A stretch of 64,000 nucleotides of DNA, taken from the NCBI GenBank assembly GCA_964450955.1, contig CAYVFI010000032.1, positions 8,491-72,490 of the forward strand, given 5' to 3'. The DNA comes from an uncultured Planctomycetaceae bacterium (GTDB taxonomy: Bacteria > Planctomycetota > Planctomycetia > Planctomycetales > Planctomycetaceae). Each line of letters starts with the position of its first letter. Position 1 is the stretch's first letter. Shown one piece after another: positions 52,218 through 63,075 of this stretch. Both the position numbers and the translations under genes were made by a program. A model generated the notes under the pieces. The model saw only the letters and a program-made list of their open reading frames with translations. It ran no database searches and had not been told where the DNA came from.

Positions 52218-53471
52218 ATGAGCCTTGCCGGTTTGGGCAAAACGACAGGATTCGCCGTATTTGTCATTGGCATTGTCGGCGCAGTCAACGCTCAGGAGAA
52301 CTGGTCGCGGTTTCGTGGCGAAAACGGGACAGGAGTTAGTGCTCAAACAGGCCTCCCGGGGCAATGGTCTGAAAAAGACTACGCGTGGACGGTCGATATC
52401 CCGGGTAAGGGACATTCGTCTCCAATCGTCTGGGGCGAGAAGCTTTTTCTGACCACTGCCGTTCCAGATGCGGCGACGGGCGGAACCATACGTCAACTTC
52501 GATGCCTTAGCGCTGCGACGGGTGACAGCATCTGGACGAAGGGCATCAGCCTGGATTCATCGCATCTGCACAAGAAAAACAGCTGGGCATCCGGAACGCC
52601 AGCGACTGACGGCAAGATGATTTTTGTCGCGTTTGCCGACGAGACGCAGCATAAGTTGGCGGCGTTTGACTTCGGTGGGAACTCTGTCTGGACGAAAGAA
52701 CTTGGTGCGTTCACCAGTCAGCACGGTCAGGGTTCCTCTCCGATCGTCTTCGAAGATTTGGTCATCCTGCCCAACGACCAAATGGGGCCCAGTGAAATTC
52801 TGGCGTTTAAGAAGTCCAGTGGCGAACTTGCGTGGCGAACGAAACGCGAGTTCCGCAAAACGTCCTACGCTACTCCGATGATTCATGTCATCAACGGGCA
52901 AGCCCAGTTGATTTGCGTCAGCGGAGCGATGGGTGTGTGTAGTCTGGACCCACGATCCGGAAAGCTGAACTGGAAAACAGAACCGTTCCCAATGCGAACG
53001 GTCGCATCGCCCATCTTTGCCAGGGGATTAATATTCGCATCCTGCGGTTCCGGCAGTCAGGGAAAACTGCTGTTCGGAGTAGATCCAAAATTGGATGTCA
53101 AATCGGCTGAACGCGTTAGAATACGACGCCAGACGACTCTGCCCTATGTTCCGACTCCTGTCGAACATGGCGGGCGGTTGTTTCTGTGGACCGATCGCGG
53201 AATCGTGGTTTGCCTCGATCCGAAAGACGGTTCAGAGATCTGGAGAGATCGCGTCAGAGGTAACTTTAGTGGTTCGCCCATCTGCGTCGATGGGAAGCTT
53301 TATTGTGTTAGCGAGTCAGGGGATGTTGTTGTTGTTGCTGCGGGCCCTGAATTCAAGCTGCTTGGACGAACGTCGCTGGGAGCGCAAAGCTACGCAACTC
53401 CAGCGGTCGCAAATGGAAGACTCTACCTTCGGACCTTCAAGCGATTGATGTGTCTCGCGGCGAAGAGCTAG
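52218..53471 (+). CDS. PQQ-like beta-propeller repeat protein (BamB-like), secreted
   Basis: 417 aa ORF with a signal peptide. It has repeated W-rich beta-propeller blades (SPIVWGEKLFL, GDSIWTKG, GNSVWTKE, GELAWRTK, GSEIWRDR). Confidence 0.7.
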   Translation: MSLAGLGKTTGFAVFVIGIVGAVNAQENWSRFRGENGTGVSAQTGLPGQWSEKDYAWTVDIPGKGHSSPIVWGEKLFLTTAVPDAATGGTIRQLRCLSAATGDSIWTKGISLDSSHLHKKNSWASGTPATDGKMIFVAFADETQHKLAAFDFGGNSVWTKELGAFTSQHGQGSSPIVFEDLVILPNDQMGPSEILAFKKSSGELAWRTKREFRKTSYATPMIHVINGQAQLICVSGAMGVCSLDPRSGKLNWKTEPFPMRTVASPIFARGLIFASCGSGSQGKLLFGVDPKLDVKSAERVRIRRQTTLPYVPTPVEHGGRLFLWTDRGIVVCLDPKDGSEIWRDRVRGNFSGSPICVDGKLYCVSESGDVVVVAAGPEFKLLGRTSLGAQSYATPAVANGRLYLRTFKRLMCLAAKS

Positions 53472-53486
53472 AAACAAAGGAGCGGG

Positions 53487-53900
53487 ATGATGCCAGCATG
53501 GCCCGGAGGAGCTTGTCCACAATGTGGTGTGAATATGCCCGAGAACCTGATTCACTGTCAGGAATGCCGCGCGCTGTTGAATCCCGAGCTCAAAGCGGAC
53601 AGCGTGGAGATACCTGCGTTTATTCCGCTTCAGGAGATCGAGACCATGGTTGAATTGGTCCCGAATGGAAACTACGTCCTTTGCACATCGTGCGACAAAG
53701 AACTGCGAGTTCACAACAAGTACATTGGCCAAAAAGTGCAATGTAAGTTCTGCCGGTCACCATTCTCGTACGACGAGAAGGTCGAAGTAACCGCGATGTA
53801 TGGCAAGTGTCCGCACTGCGAAGAAGAAGTCCGGGCGGCTTTAAAGTACACGGGAATGAAAGTCGCCTGTCGGCACTGTGACGGGAAAATTCAGCTGTAG
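53487..53900 (+). CDS. Zinc-ribbon protein with multiple CxxC pairs
   Basis: 137 aa ORF beginning 13 nt after the upstream gene. Cys pairs are CPQCG, CQEC, CTSC, CKFC, CPHC and CRHC. Confidence 0.5.
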   Translation: MMPAWPGGACPQCGVNMPENLIHCQECRALLNPELKADSVEIPAFIPLQEIETMVELVPNGNYVLCTSCDKELRVHNKYIGQKVQCKFCRSPFSYDEKVEVTAMYGKCPHCEEEVRAALKYTGMKVACRHCDGKIQL

Positions 53901-54339
53901 ATCACAGTTGCCAGGTCGCAATTGCCTTTACTGTTACCGACACGGGCTTCATTGGTTTCGACCACGATACTGGAGGAAGCGAAGTACTTCACCGTGAGTA
54001 CTGCAGCGCCCCCTGAGCCGAGCTACGCTGCTGGATATTTTATGAGCGGCATCGCGTCCGTGCTGTCAAAAACGTGATTGTGCTGTGCCAAGCGTGGATC
54101 GCTGAACGAACATCCGTGGCGGTTTGGCTTTTGGATAAGCAAGCAGCCTCCAGCCTGCGCCCTCGGGCAATTCCATCACCCGGTCGACCATGCGCGAACG
54201 TCTTGTTGGTAGTTGGTTCGAACGTATGGGTACAGAAAAGAGAAGCCCCGGGAAAACGGCCCGGGGCTTCGTTCGCTGTGGATAATTCTAGTGTGCGGAC
54301 CGTTGAGTCAGGCGATCAGCACGGCGGACCCTACGTGTG

Positions 54340-56484
54340 TCACTCCCTGGAACCACTGCCGTCCAGCCCTCGTTTCTTTAGCAGTGGTTCGATCTTTGGT
54401 TCGCTGCCGCGGAACGATTTGTAGGCGTCCATTGCCTCGTAGGTTCCACCGGCTTCGAGGACAAAGCGACGATACTTCGACGCCAGGTCCGGGTTGAAAA
54501 GGTCTCCGGATTCTTTGAACGCGGAGAAGCCATCGGAGTCCAGAACCGCTGACCAGATGTAGCTGTAGTATCCGGACGAGTAACCACCGGCGAAGATGTG
54601 TGAGAAGTAAGTGCTGCGGTAGCGGGACTCGATTTCGTCAATCAAACCGATTTTGGCCAACGACTTCTTCTCGAACTCGGCGGTGTCCTGGACCTCCGCG
54701 GTGTCCAGCGTGTGCCAATCCATGTCCAGCAATGACGCAGCCAGGTACTCCGTGTTGGCGAATCCCTGGTTGAATTTGGAAGCGTTTTGAATCTTCTTGA
54801 TCAGCTCATCCGGAATCGGTTCGCCAGTTTTGTAGTGCAGCGCGTATTCCTTGAGGACGCTGGGTTCGCTGGCCCAGTGTTCGAGAATCTGAGCGGGGAA
54901 TTCGACGAAGTCACGCGGGACGTTGGTGCCGGACAGAGACTGGTATTTGGTGTTGGTCAACAAGCCATGCAGCGCGTGACCGAACTCGTGGAACAGAGTT
55001 GTGACTTGTTCGAATGTCAGCAGTGAAGGCTGATCGCCGACGGGCGGTGCGAAGTTGCAAACGTTGACGACGATCGGACGAACCTGCTCTTTGAGGTTCG
55101 ATTGGTCGCGGAAGTTGCTCATCCACGCGCCGCCGCGTTTGCTCTTTCGCGTGTAGTAGTCGGCGATGAAGACACCCAGATGCGAACCATCGGAGTTCCT
55201 GACTTCGAAGACCTGTGCGTCAGGGTGATAGAGTTCAACGCCGTCGATTGCCTCAAACGTGACGCCAAACAGACGATTGGCAACAGCGAAGGCTCCCTGC
55301 TGAGTCGCCTTGAGACTGAAGTAAGGCTTCAGGTCTTCTTCATCGAGTGCGTACTTTTTGGCTCGAACCTTTTCGGCGTAGTGCCACCAGTCGCAGCCAG
55401 CGATCTTGAAGTCACCGCCTTCAGAGTCGGCGATCTCCTGCATGTCGGCGACTTCCTGTTTCGCCCGAGCGAGAGCCGGCTTCCAAAGCTTCATTAACAG
55501 CTCGTAGACCGCTTTCGGTTCCTTCGCCATGTGCTCTTCAAGGATGTAATGAGCGTGCGTCGGGTAGCCAAGCAGTTGTGCTCGCTGAAAACGCAATGAC
55601 GCCAGCCTGGCAACAGTCTGTTTGTTATCTTTGTCGTTCCCATTGTCGCCGCGCATGACGTATGCGTTGTAGATTTCTTCACGCCGCTTTCGGTTTGTCG
55701 AATAGGTCAGGAACGGATACATGCTGCTGCGATGCGGAGTGAACAGCCACTTGCCCTCTTCGCCAGCTTCCGTTGCAGCAGTCGCGGCAGCGCTGATGAT
55801 GGCGTCGGGAAGCCCATCAAGTTCTTTCTTGTCCGCGATGAACATCTTGTACGCGTTGGTTTCGTCCAGGAGGTTCTGTCCGAACTGAACCGACAGCGTT
55901 GCGATCTCAGAGTTGATCCTTGTGACCTCCTCTTTATCTTCTTCAGACAGCAACGCGCCGCCGCGTTTGAATTGTTTGAAGGTTTCTTCGAGTAGCCGAA
56001 ATGCCTCTTGCTGATATTTGGTGGCATTGCGGGCCTCCCAGACTTTGTTGACTCGCTTAAACAGCTTTTCGTTCAGCAGGATTTTGTCTTCATGAGCGGA
56101 GAGCTTGGGCGAGATCTCCAATTGGATCTTCTGGATCTCTTCGTTTGTGTTTGAACTGCTTAGGTTGAAAAAGACGTTGGCGACTTTGTCCAGGAGCTTG
56201 CCTGTTTCATCGAGAGCCACAATCGTGTTCTCGAATGTCGCTGGCTCTGGGTTGTTCGCAATCTCGTCGATCTCTTTCAGGTGATCGGCCATGCCTTTCT
56301 CGAACGCCGGCACGTAGTGTTTGGTTTCAATCCGATCAAAGGGCGGAATACCGAATTTCGCCGTGTATCGATTTAGAAACGGATTAGATTGTGCGATCGC
56401 TTGCGAGGTATTGACCAAGTTAAACGCCATACAAAAAAGGATTGCGGCAAGAGAAAGAGGCAGGTGTCGACTGCGAGAGTGCAT
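54340..56484 (-). CDS. M3 family metallopeptidase (peptidyl-dipeptidase Dcp / oligopeptidase A type), secreted
   Basis: The start is set at MHSRSRHLPLSLAAILFCMAF (ATG at 56484). The HEXXH zinc motif is LFHEFGHALHGLL. Length and blocks fit the M3 family. Confidence 0.85.
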   Translation of the reverse strand: MHSRSRHLPLSLAAILFCMAFNLVNTSQAIAQSNPFLNRYTAKFGIPPFDRIETKHYVPAFEKGMADHLKEIDEIANNPEPATFENTIVALDETGKLLDKVANVFFNLSSSNTNEEIQKIQLEISPKLSAHEDKILLNEKLFKRVNKVWEARNATKYQQEAFRLLEETFKQFKRGGALLSEEDKEEVTRINSEIATLSVQFGQNLLDETNAYKMFIADKKELDGLPDAIISAAATAATEAGEEGKWLFTPHRSSMYPFLTYSTNRKRREEIYNAYVMRGDNGNDKDNKQTVARLASLRFQRAQLLGYPTHAHYILEEHMAKEPKAVYELLMKLWKPALARAKQEVADMQEIADSEGGDFKIAGCDWWHYAEKVRAKKYALDEEDLKPYFSLKATQQGAFAVANRLFGVTFEAIDGVELYHPDAQVFEVRNSDGSHLGVFIADYYTRKSKRGGAWMSNFRDQSNLKEQVRPIVVNVCNFAPPVGDQPSLLTFEQVTTLFHEFGHALHGLLTNTKYQSLSGTNVPRDFVEFPAQILEHWASEPSVLKEYALHYKTGEPIPDELIKKIQNASKFNQGFANTEYLAASLLDMDWHTLDTAEVQDTAEFEKKSLAKIGLIDEIESRYRSTYFSHIFAGGYSSGYYSYIWSAVLDSDGFSAFKESGDLFNPDLASKYRRFVLEAGGTYEAMDAYKSFRGSEPKIEPLLKKRGLDGSGSRE

Positions 56485-56655
56485 ATCCAGGTCCCTTCGG
56501 ACGTCTGTGTTTTGATATCGAAATCGTGGTCCAACACCATCCTGATGCCAGACCCACAAGTTTTAGCGGATGGCTGTTTGTTCAATCAAACGGCAGGCGG
56601 TCGTCTATCGGCAGAAGCGGGCTTTTATGGACGTTAGTGACTGTGCCCGATGGAT

Positions 56656-57231
56656 TCACATGCCACGCACTGTAGCCACTTCCTGCAGAAACGCCTCCGA
56701 TTCCGCGCGGCCGCGCAGGCGGAGAAACGGGACGTGGTTGAATTCGCCGCGGTCGGTCTCAATGGCTGCATAGCGGCGTTTGACTCGGTGGTAAGACGTC
56801 AGCGTCCAAAGCAACACGGACTCGCGGCTCATGAATGTCCGTCGGAAGGTCTCGCGGTTGCCGGTTCCGGGCCACAATTCCTGCTTTGATCGGATTCGGC
56901 GGATCGCTCGCTGAGTCGCCTGGGTGACGTTGCGGGTAAACGACATGTCCAGCCAAATGATGGCTGTGGCTCGTGACCATTTCGTTTTGAACGACTTGCT
57001 GTGGTAGTTGCCGTCCAGAATCCACCGGTCGGGGGCGAGTGCCTTGTCAAGCTTTTCGGTTAGCTCGTCCGCCGTCGATTCTTCCCAGTTTGGTTTGTGG
57101 TACAGCCGGTCCATCTCGATGTGTGGGGAACCAAGAAGCTTAGCCAGTTTCTTTGCGAACGTTGACTTACCGCTACCGCTGGTTCCGACAACGTTGACGC
57201 GATCAAGTTGTCGGAGTGATGGCGGGGACAT
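56656..57231 (-). CDS. P-loop NTPase (adenylate-kinase-like AAA family ATPase)
   Basis: The start is MSPPSLRQLDRVNVVGTSGSGKSTFAKKLAKLLGSPHIEMDRLY, with Walker A motif GTSGSGKST. The start codon lies inside the first copy of a ~255 bp tandem duplication. Confidence 0.65.
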   Translation of the reverse strand: MSPPSLRQLDRVNVVGTSGSGKSTFAKKLAKLLGSPHIEMDRLYHKPNWEESTADELTEKLDKALAPDRWILDGNYHSKSFKTKWSRATAIIWLDMSFTRNVTQATQRAIRRIRSKQELWPGTGNRETFRRTFMSRESVLLWTLTSYHRVKRRYAAIETDRGEFNHVPFLRLRGRAESEAFLQEVATVRGM

Positions 57232-57720
57232 GTTGGTTCTTACGGCGTGCGCGCGAGTTGGTGGTGGTTGGGTTTTGTTTGCGAGGTTCGAGAAGCCCGG
57301 CATCTGAAATTACGGAACACGTCTGTTGGCCGAAGAGAGCTTAAAGGTACGAAGATTGTCGCTCTACTGAATGAGATGCCGGGCTTCTACCCAGCGGCAC
57401 GCAGCACCATTCAACCGGCCCAGCGACCACGAGCGCTAACCACCGCCCCCACCGGATACCGATTTGGGAGTGACAGCGGGAACATGTTGGTTCTTACGGC
57501 GTGCGCGCGAGTTGGTGGTGGTTGGTTTTGTTTGCGAGGTTCGAGAAGCCCGGCATCTGAAATTACGGCACACGCCTGTTGGCCGAAGAGAGCTTAAAGG
57601 TACGAAGATTGTCGCTCTACGGATGAGATGCCGAGCTTCTGCCCAACGCCACGCAGCACCATTCAACCGGCCCAACGATTGCGAGCGCTAACCACCAACC
57701 CCACCGGATACCGATGCAAC
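57228..57720. repeat. Tandem direct duplication, two copies of about 240 bp with a period of about 255 bp
   Basis: Copy 1 runs about 57228..57466 and copy 2 about 57483..57717. Both begin ACATGTTGGTTCTTACGGCGTGCGCGCGAGTTGGTGGTGG. Identity is over 90% with scattered substitutions. Confidence 0.85.
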
Positions 57721-57734
57721 GGAACGTTGCTGCC

Positions 57735-58736
57735 TTAGAATTGGGAGAGGAAGCGGACGTCGTTTTCGTAGAAGCGGCGGATGTCGTTGATCTCGTGGCG
57801 CTTCATGCAGAAGCGTTCGACGCCCAGGCCGAAGGCGAAGCCGGAGACTTTTTCAGGGTCGTATCCGACGGCTTTGAACACGTTCGGATCGACCATCCCG
57901 GCGCCACCGATTTCCAGCCATGTGTCGCCCCACTTCATGTCCACTTCGACAGATGGTTCTGTGAACGGGAAGAAAGACGGACGGAACCGAATCTCAACGT
58001 CTTCTCCCAGGTAACCGCGGGCGAACATCGACAGCACACTTTTCAGTTCGGCCATGTTGACAGTTTCGCTTACCATCAGACCTTCCATCTGATGGAACAT
58101 CGGTGAGTGCGTCGCGTCCCATGTGTCGGGTCGGTAAACGCGGCCCAGTGAAACGATACGAATCGGAGGCGCGGTCTTTTCCATGGTTCGAATTTGAACC
58201 GTGGACGTCTGGCTTCGCAGCAGCATTGGTCCGCCCGCCGCTGATTGAGCGGCGGCCAGGTAGAAGTTGTCCAGCGGATCACGCGCGGGGTGGTCTTCAG
58301 GGATGTTAAGCGCTTTGAAGTTGTGGTGTTCGTCTTCGATCTCACGACCATCGACCACAGTGAAGCCGAATCGGCCCATCAGGTCTTTAAACGTATCCAG
58401 CGTTTGCGTAAGCGGATGACGTCGGCCAAGTTGATATTTCTTGCCAGGCAGCGTGACATCCAGACCCTCGACGGCAGCCTTGGGTGTGTCCAGGTTGGAC
58501 CTGGCGGAATCGAAGTGAGCCTGAACTTTGTTCTTGGCTTCGTTGAACTTCTTCCCAACAACCGGTCGTTCTTCCGGAGTCGCGTTCTTCATTCCCGCCT
58601 GAAGATCGCGCAGGCGGCCTTTCTTCTTGCCAAGGAATTGGATCCGGACCTCTTCCAGTGCGGCCGCAGAATCAGCGGCGTCGATAGCCGCGATGGCGTC
58701 CTTTTCGAATTGGTCGAAAGTGGCAAGAAGGTCCAT
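57735..58736 (-). CDS. pheS: Phenylalanine--tRNA ligase alpha subunit
   Basis: 333 aa ORF with full-length PheS similarity, including the class II motifs ...FHQMEGLMV... and ...[11 protein letters not shown]... Confidence 0.9.
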   Translation of the reverse strand: MDLLATFDQFEKDAIAAIDAADSAAALEEVRIQFLGKKKGRLRDLQAGMKNATPEERPVVGKKFNEAKNKVQAHFDSARSNLDTPKAAVEGLDVTLPGKKYQLGRRHPLTQTLDTFKDLMGRFGFTVVDGREIEDEHHNFKALNIPEDHPARDPLDNFYLAAAQSAAGGPMLLRSQTSTVQIRTMEKTAPPIRIVSLGRVYRPDTWDATHSPMFHQMEGLMVSETVNMAELKSVLSMFARGYLGEDVEIRFRPSFFPFTEPSVEVDMKWGDTWLEIGGAGMVDPNVFKAVGYDPEKVSGFAFGLGVERFCMKRHEINDIRRFYENDVRFLSQF

Positions 58737-58868
58737 GAGTTCAACTCACTTCAGAACGGGCAGGGCCCGACAAGCGGACGTAAAAAAAGCCGAAGCCGCA
58801 CTTTGGCGAATTCGGCCACAAAACGAAAGAGCCTCATAGCCAAACGCCATGAGGCAATTTCAACTGAC

Positions 58869-59213
58869 TCACTTCGTGACGAGTTCGACGATCTTGGTGA
58901 ACATGTCTGGCGAGTGAATTGCGATTTCACTGAGCATCTTACGGTTCAGTTCGACTTCGGCCTTCTTCAGGTTGCAGATGAAGGCTGAGTACGACGTGTT
59001 GTTGGCTCGGCAAGCGGCTGTGATACGAGTAATCCACAGTCGGCGGAAGTCTCGCTTACGAACGCGGCGGTCACGGTATCCGTAGGCACGAGACCGGATG
59101 ACGGTCTCTTTGACGGTTCGCAACAGCTTGCTGCGTCCACCGACGTTACCACGGGCTTCTCGGAAAAGACGTTTCTTGGCTCGTGCGCGAGCCTTTCCGT
59201 AGCGAACTCTCAT
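58869..59213 (-). CDS. rplT: 50S ribosomal protein L20
   Basis: [26 protein letters not shown]...; full-length L20. Confidence 0.9.
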   Translation of the reverse strand: MRVRYGKARARAKKRLFREARGNVGGRSKLLRTVKETVIRSRAYGYRDRRVRKRDFRRLWITRITAACRANNTSYSAFICNLKKAEVELNRKMLSEIAIHSPDMFTKIVELVTK

Positions 59214-59347
59214 ATCTCTTAACCAGCGATGCATCCGCTTGCGGGACGCACTTCAACGAGGAGTAAAACTTGGCCGAAGGTTCAGCAAGGCTGCGAACCT
59301 GACGGGTTCATCCTGCACACCAGGAATCTGGTGAGGACATTCAGTCT

Positions 59348-59548
59348 TTAGGCACCCGGACGCAAAGCATCCGCGATCGTCTTGGCGACGGTACCTTCGA
59401 TAACACCGTCAACGCCAAGGCGACGCTTACGCTTACCGTTCTTGTGACTCAGGAGGTGGCCCCGGTAAGCACTTTTGTGCTTAGCCTTGCCTTTGGCGGT
59501 CAATTTGAACCGCTTCGCCATCCCTTTGTGTGTCTTTTGCTTAGGCAT
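59348..59548 (-). CDS. rpmI: 50S ribosomal protein L35
   Basis: [33 protein letters not shown]...; 66 aa, upstream of rplT. Confidence 0.85.
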   Translation of the reverse strand: MPKQKTHKGMAKRFKLTAKGKAKHKSAYRGHLLSHKNGKRKRRLGVDGVIEGTVAKTIADALRPGA

Positions 59549-59700
59549 TTCTCTGTTCCGTATTCCGCTGAGCCGGCTTAGGCTCGTTTGGGGAAGCGGG
59601 ACATCATAGCCACGCTTGCCAACCGTTTCCACGTCGTTTGGTGGCCAAAAACCGGGAAAAGTCCCCGACGGCCGTGTTCCCCTGACCAAGCTGATCAATC

Positions 59701-60951
59701 TCAGCGGGTCTGGCCGGAACCTTCCACCAAATACTTGTAGCTCGTCAGTTCACGCAGTCCACATGGACCCCGAGCGTGAAATTTATCGGTACTAATGCCA
59801 ATTTCTGCGCCCAGGCCCAGTTCTCCGCCATCATTGAACCGGGTACTCGCGTTCACAATCACCGCGGCCGCATCGACCAAAGTCGTGAATTTGCGGGCAT
59901 TTGAGACATCATCCGTCAAAATTGCCTCCGTATGGCCCGAACCGTACTGGTCGATGTGCTGAATTGCCTGATCCAGCGAATCGACCACCCGAACCGACAG
60001 AATCAGGTCCAGATACTCGGTTCCATAGTCCTCCAAGGTCGCCGGTTTGAACTCCGGAACCAGCTCGCAGCACTTTTCGCAGCCTCGTAATTCGACTCCG
60101 GCCGACATCAGATCGGCGGCCAGGCCTGGAATCAGCGTGTCGGCGACGTCTGCATGCACCAACAGAGACTCGGCCGCATTGCACACGCCCGGTCGCTGGC
60201 ACTTGCTGTTGATCACGATTTCGGGAACACGGTTCAGGTCGGCGAATTCATCGACATAAATATGGCAGATGCCGTCGAAGTGCCGAATAACCGGCATTGT
60301 CGCTTCGTTGGAAACACGTTCGATAAGCGATCGCCCACCGCGCGGGATGGCGACGTCAATCAGGTTGCCCAGCTTCAGAAACTCGCCCACTAATTCACGT
60401 TCGGGCCGATCGACGAATTGAACGGCGGCCGTTGGCAGGCCGCTGGCGTTCAAGGTGTCGGTCAGCAACTTGTGGAACGCGCGGTTTGTGTTGGCTGCTT
60501 CTTTGCCGCCGCGCAGAATGACAGCGTTGCCGCTTTTGACGCACAGGGCGGCGGCGTCGATGGTGACGTTCGGTCGCGATTCGTAGATGAAGAATACGAC
60601 ACCCATCGGAACACGCACCCGAGTGACCCGGAGACCGTTGGGCCGAATGCTGCCGTCAATCACTTCGCCGACAGGATCGGGCAGGGCGTTAATTTCTTCG
60701 ACCGCTGTGGCGATTGATTCTAACCGTTCAGTTGAGAGCGTCAGTCGATCGACCATTGCCGCGGACAAACCAAACTCTTCGGTTCGCGCAAGGTCGGCTG
60801 CGTTCGCTTCCAATAAGTCGGCCGATTTCGATCGAATCGCGTCCGCAACACGGCCCAACCAGTCGGACTTCGCCTGTCCGCTGGCTAACAACAACTGCCG
60901 CGATGCTTTGCGGGCTGCGGCGGACATGTTTTGGGCGTATTTCTCCGCCAC
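59701..60951 (-). CDS. proA: Glutamate-5-semialdehyde dehydrogenase (gamma-glutamyl phosphate reductase)
   Basis: 416 aa ORF with full-length ProA similarity (aldehyde dehydrogenase fold, catalytic Cys region ...[22 protein letters not shown]...). Confidence 0.9.
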   Translation of the reverse strand: MAEKYAQNMSAAARKASRQLLLASGQAKSDWLGRVADAIRSKSADLLEANAADLARTEEFGLSAAMVDRLTLSTERLESIATAVEEINALPDPVGEVIDGSIRPNGLRVTRVRVPMGVVFFIYESRPNVTIDAAALCVKSGNAVILRGGKEAANTNRAFHKLLTDTLNASGLPTAAVQFVDRPERELVGEFLKLGNLIDVAIPRGGRSLIERVSNEATMPVIRHFDGICHIYVDEFADLNRVPEIVINSKCQRPGVCNAAESLLVHADVADTLIPGLAADLMSAGVELRGCEKCCELVPEFKPATLEDYGTEYLDLILSVRVVDSLDQAIQHIDQYGSGHTEAILTDDVSNARKFTTLVDAAAVIVNASTRFNDGGELGLGAEIGISTDKFHARGPCGLRELTSYKYLVEGSGQTR

Positions 60952-61243
60952 TTTAGTTCTCCACCGACGATGTGTGCGCTTGAGGCATTGTGGCTGCCTT
61001 TTGACTAACTTGCTTCGATTCCTGCCGGGTCGCGAGCATCGCAGGTCAGCCCGTACGGCTCAAGTACCAACTGATGGCCCGCTAACTTGTGGCCATGTGC
61101 CGATTGGTTGGTCCGGCCTGGGCTGTTCGGTTATTTCCGCGGTGCGACGGATGTTGGATGCCAAATCCGTGTAACATCACGAATCCACTCTAACGGGACC
61201 TGCAAGGGCAGGGCGTCACTTCACTAATGCGAAGAGAACGAGC

Positions 61244-62800
61244 ATGGCTTCTGAACTAGTCCAACTGCAACCTCTGGACGAACACAACATCGCGCTGCAG
61301 GCGAACGTGCATCCCACGGATTGGGTCAATCCAGTGCCGGCCAGGCCCTATCACCTGGTCGCGATTGGAGCCGGAACAGCGGGGCTGGTCACTGCTGCTG
61401 CGGCCGCAGGCCTGGGAGCTCGCGTTGCGCTGATCGAACGCGAACTCATGGGCGGCGACTGTTTGAATGTGGGGTGTGTGCCATCAAAGGGAATCATTCG
61501 CAGCGGACGTATCGCGGCAACGGTTCGAGACGCAGCACCATTCGGCGTCAACGTTGCCGGCGATGTGACTGTCGATTTTGGCAAAGCCATGGAACGTATG
61601 CGGCGCCTGCGCGCCAAAATCAGCCCCAACGATTCGGCGACGCGGTTTTCTGAAATGGGGATCGACGTCTACTTCGGGCAGGGTTCGTTTGTTGATGACA
61701 ACACCATTCGAGTGACGCGTAATGACGGTTCTGTCACTGATCTCAAGTACAAGAAGGCGGTCGTTGCGACCGGCGCTCGCGCTGCAGCGCCGCCGATTTC
61801 GGGGCTGGACAGCGTTGATTACCTGACCAATGAGAACCTGTTCTCACTTACCGAATTGCCAGGGCGATTTGGTATTGTGGGCAGCGGTCCCATCGGATGT
61901 GAAATGGCTCAGTCGTTTGCTCGCTTCGGTAGTGAGGTCTTTTTGTTTGAGCAGGGAGACCACATCCTGACGCGTGAGGATCCTGATGCCGCGGCGATTG
62001 TGCAGAAGCAGTTCGAACACGATGGCGTCAACTTACTGCTTAGCAGTCAGGATATGAAAATCAGCCCAGCAGACGACGGAGCCATTCGTGTTAGCGTCAC
62101 GCAAAACGGCCAGCCAGCTGATGTTGTGGTTGATCAGCTGCTAATCGCGGTCGGTCGAGCCCCCAATACTGCGGGCCTGGATCTGGAAAAAGTCAACGTG
62201 AAGTACGACCGCAGTGGTGTTGAGGTCAACGATAACCTGCAAACGACGAACCCGCGCATCTACGCCGCGGGCGACATTTGTTCGAAGTTTAAATTCACTC
62301 ACACGGCCGATTTTCAGGCACGCATCGTAATCCAAAATGCTTTGTTCGCGGTGGGCCCGTTTGGAAAAAAGAAAGCCAGCGATCTCATTATTCCATGGGC
62401 AACATACACATCGCCTGAGATTGCCCACGTAGGTATGTATGAAGCTGATGCCAAACGCGATGGTGTCGCGATTGACACTTATATCCAACATTTCTCAGAT
62501 GTGGACCGCGCGTTGTTGGAAGGGCAGGAAGAAGGGTTTGTCAAAATCCACACAGCCAGGGGGACTGGGAAGATTGTTGGAGCGACCATTGTGGCTGAAA
62601 ACGCCGGCGACATGATTTCTGAAATCACGCTGGCGATGGCAAGCGGAATCGGCCTGGGAAAGATCGCCGGCACAATTCACCCTTATCCGACTCAGGCTGA
62701 AGCTATCCGCAAACTGGGTGACCAGTTCAATCGAACCCGGCTCACGCCGATGAGTCTCAAAGTCCTGAACCTGCTACGCCGAATCAACGTCGGCGCTTAG
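61244..62800 (+). CDS. Class I pyridine nucleotide-disulfide oxidoreductase (dihydrolipoyl dehydrogenase / mercuric-reductase-like flavoprotein)
   Basis: 518 aa ORF with an FAD-binding GxGxxG motif (AIGAGTAGLVTA). The redox-active disulfide is GGDCLNVGCVPSK. A second NAD(P) Rossmann motif is present (GIVGSGPIGCE), and the C-terminal dimerisation motif is HPYPTQAE. Confidence 0.8.
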   Translation: MASELVQLQPLDEHNIALQANVHPTDWVNPVPARPYHLVAIGAGTAGLVTAAAAAGLGARVALIERELMGGDCLNVGCVPSKGIIRSGRIAATVRDAAPFGVNVAGDVTVDFGKAMERMRRLRAKISPNDSATRFSEMGIDVYFGQGSFVDDNTIRVTRNDGSVTDLKYKKAVVATGARAAAPPISGLDSVDYLTNENLFSLTELPGRFGIVGSGPIGCEMAQSFARFGSEVFLFEQGDHILTREDPDAAAIVQKQFEHDGVNLLLSSQDMKISPADDGAIRVSVTQNGQPADVVVDQLLIAVGRAPNTAGLDLEKVNVKYDRSGVEVNDNLQTTNPRIYAAGDICSKFKFTHTADFQARIVIQNALFAVGPFGKKKASDLIIPWATYTSPEIAHVGMYEADAKRDGVAIDTYIQHFSDVDRALLEGQEEGFVKIHTARGTGKIVGATIVAENAGDMISEITLAMASGIGLGKIAGTIHPYPTQAEAIRKLGDQFNRTRLTPMSLKVLNLLRRINVGA

Positions 62801-63075
62801 TGCATGTGAGAGTCGGCTGACCTATGCAGATGTCAAAGTCTGCGGCTTGTCCGTCGTACGTAACCGCGCGAAGCTTCGCGTGTTGTTTGTCTTATCGCGC
62901 CTGCGAAAACTCTGCGGAGCGGCGACCTGCGGTTCTGATTGAAACATTGAATCTGGCTCAGATTTACTGCGGTTGAGCATTGCTCCGTGCTACCGTTTTT
63001 GTGTGCGGCATTGGCCGGGCGCCCAGATCGCGTCCGCCTGCTTCGTGCAACAACCAAGTCATCAGGAGCAACGCT

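Noticed and set aside
59548-59700. Looked for infC upstream of rpmI-rplT, as in the canonical infC-rpmI-rplT operon
   Set aside because: The gene immediately upstream on the same strand is proA. No IF-3-like ORF is present, and the 150 bp gap is too small.
61244-62800. Possibility that the flavoprotein disulfide reductase is a Sec-containing TrxR-like or MerA enzyme
   Set aside because: It ends with a TAG after ...RRINVGA. There is no C-terminal GCUG-type or CC extension and no NmerA domain. It is an ordinary class I enzyme with CLNVGC.
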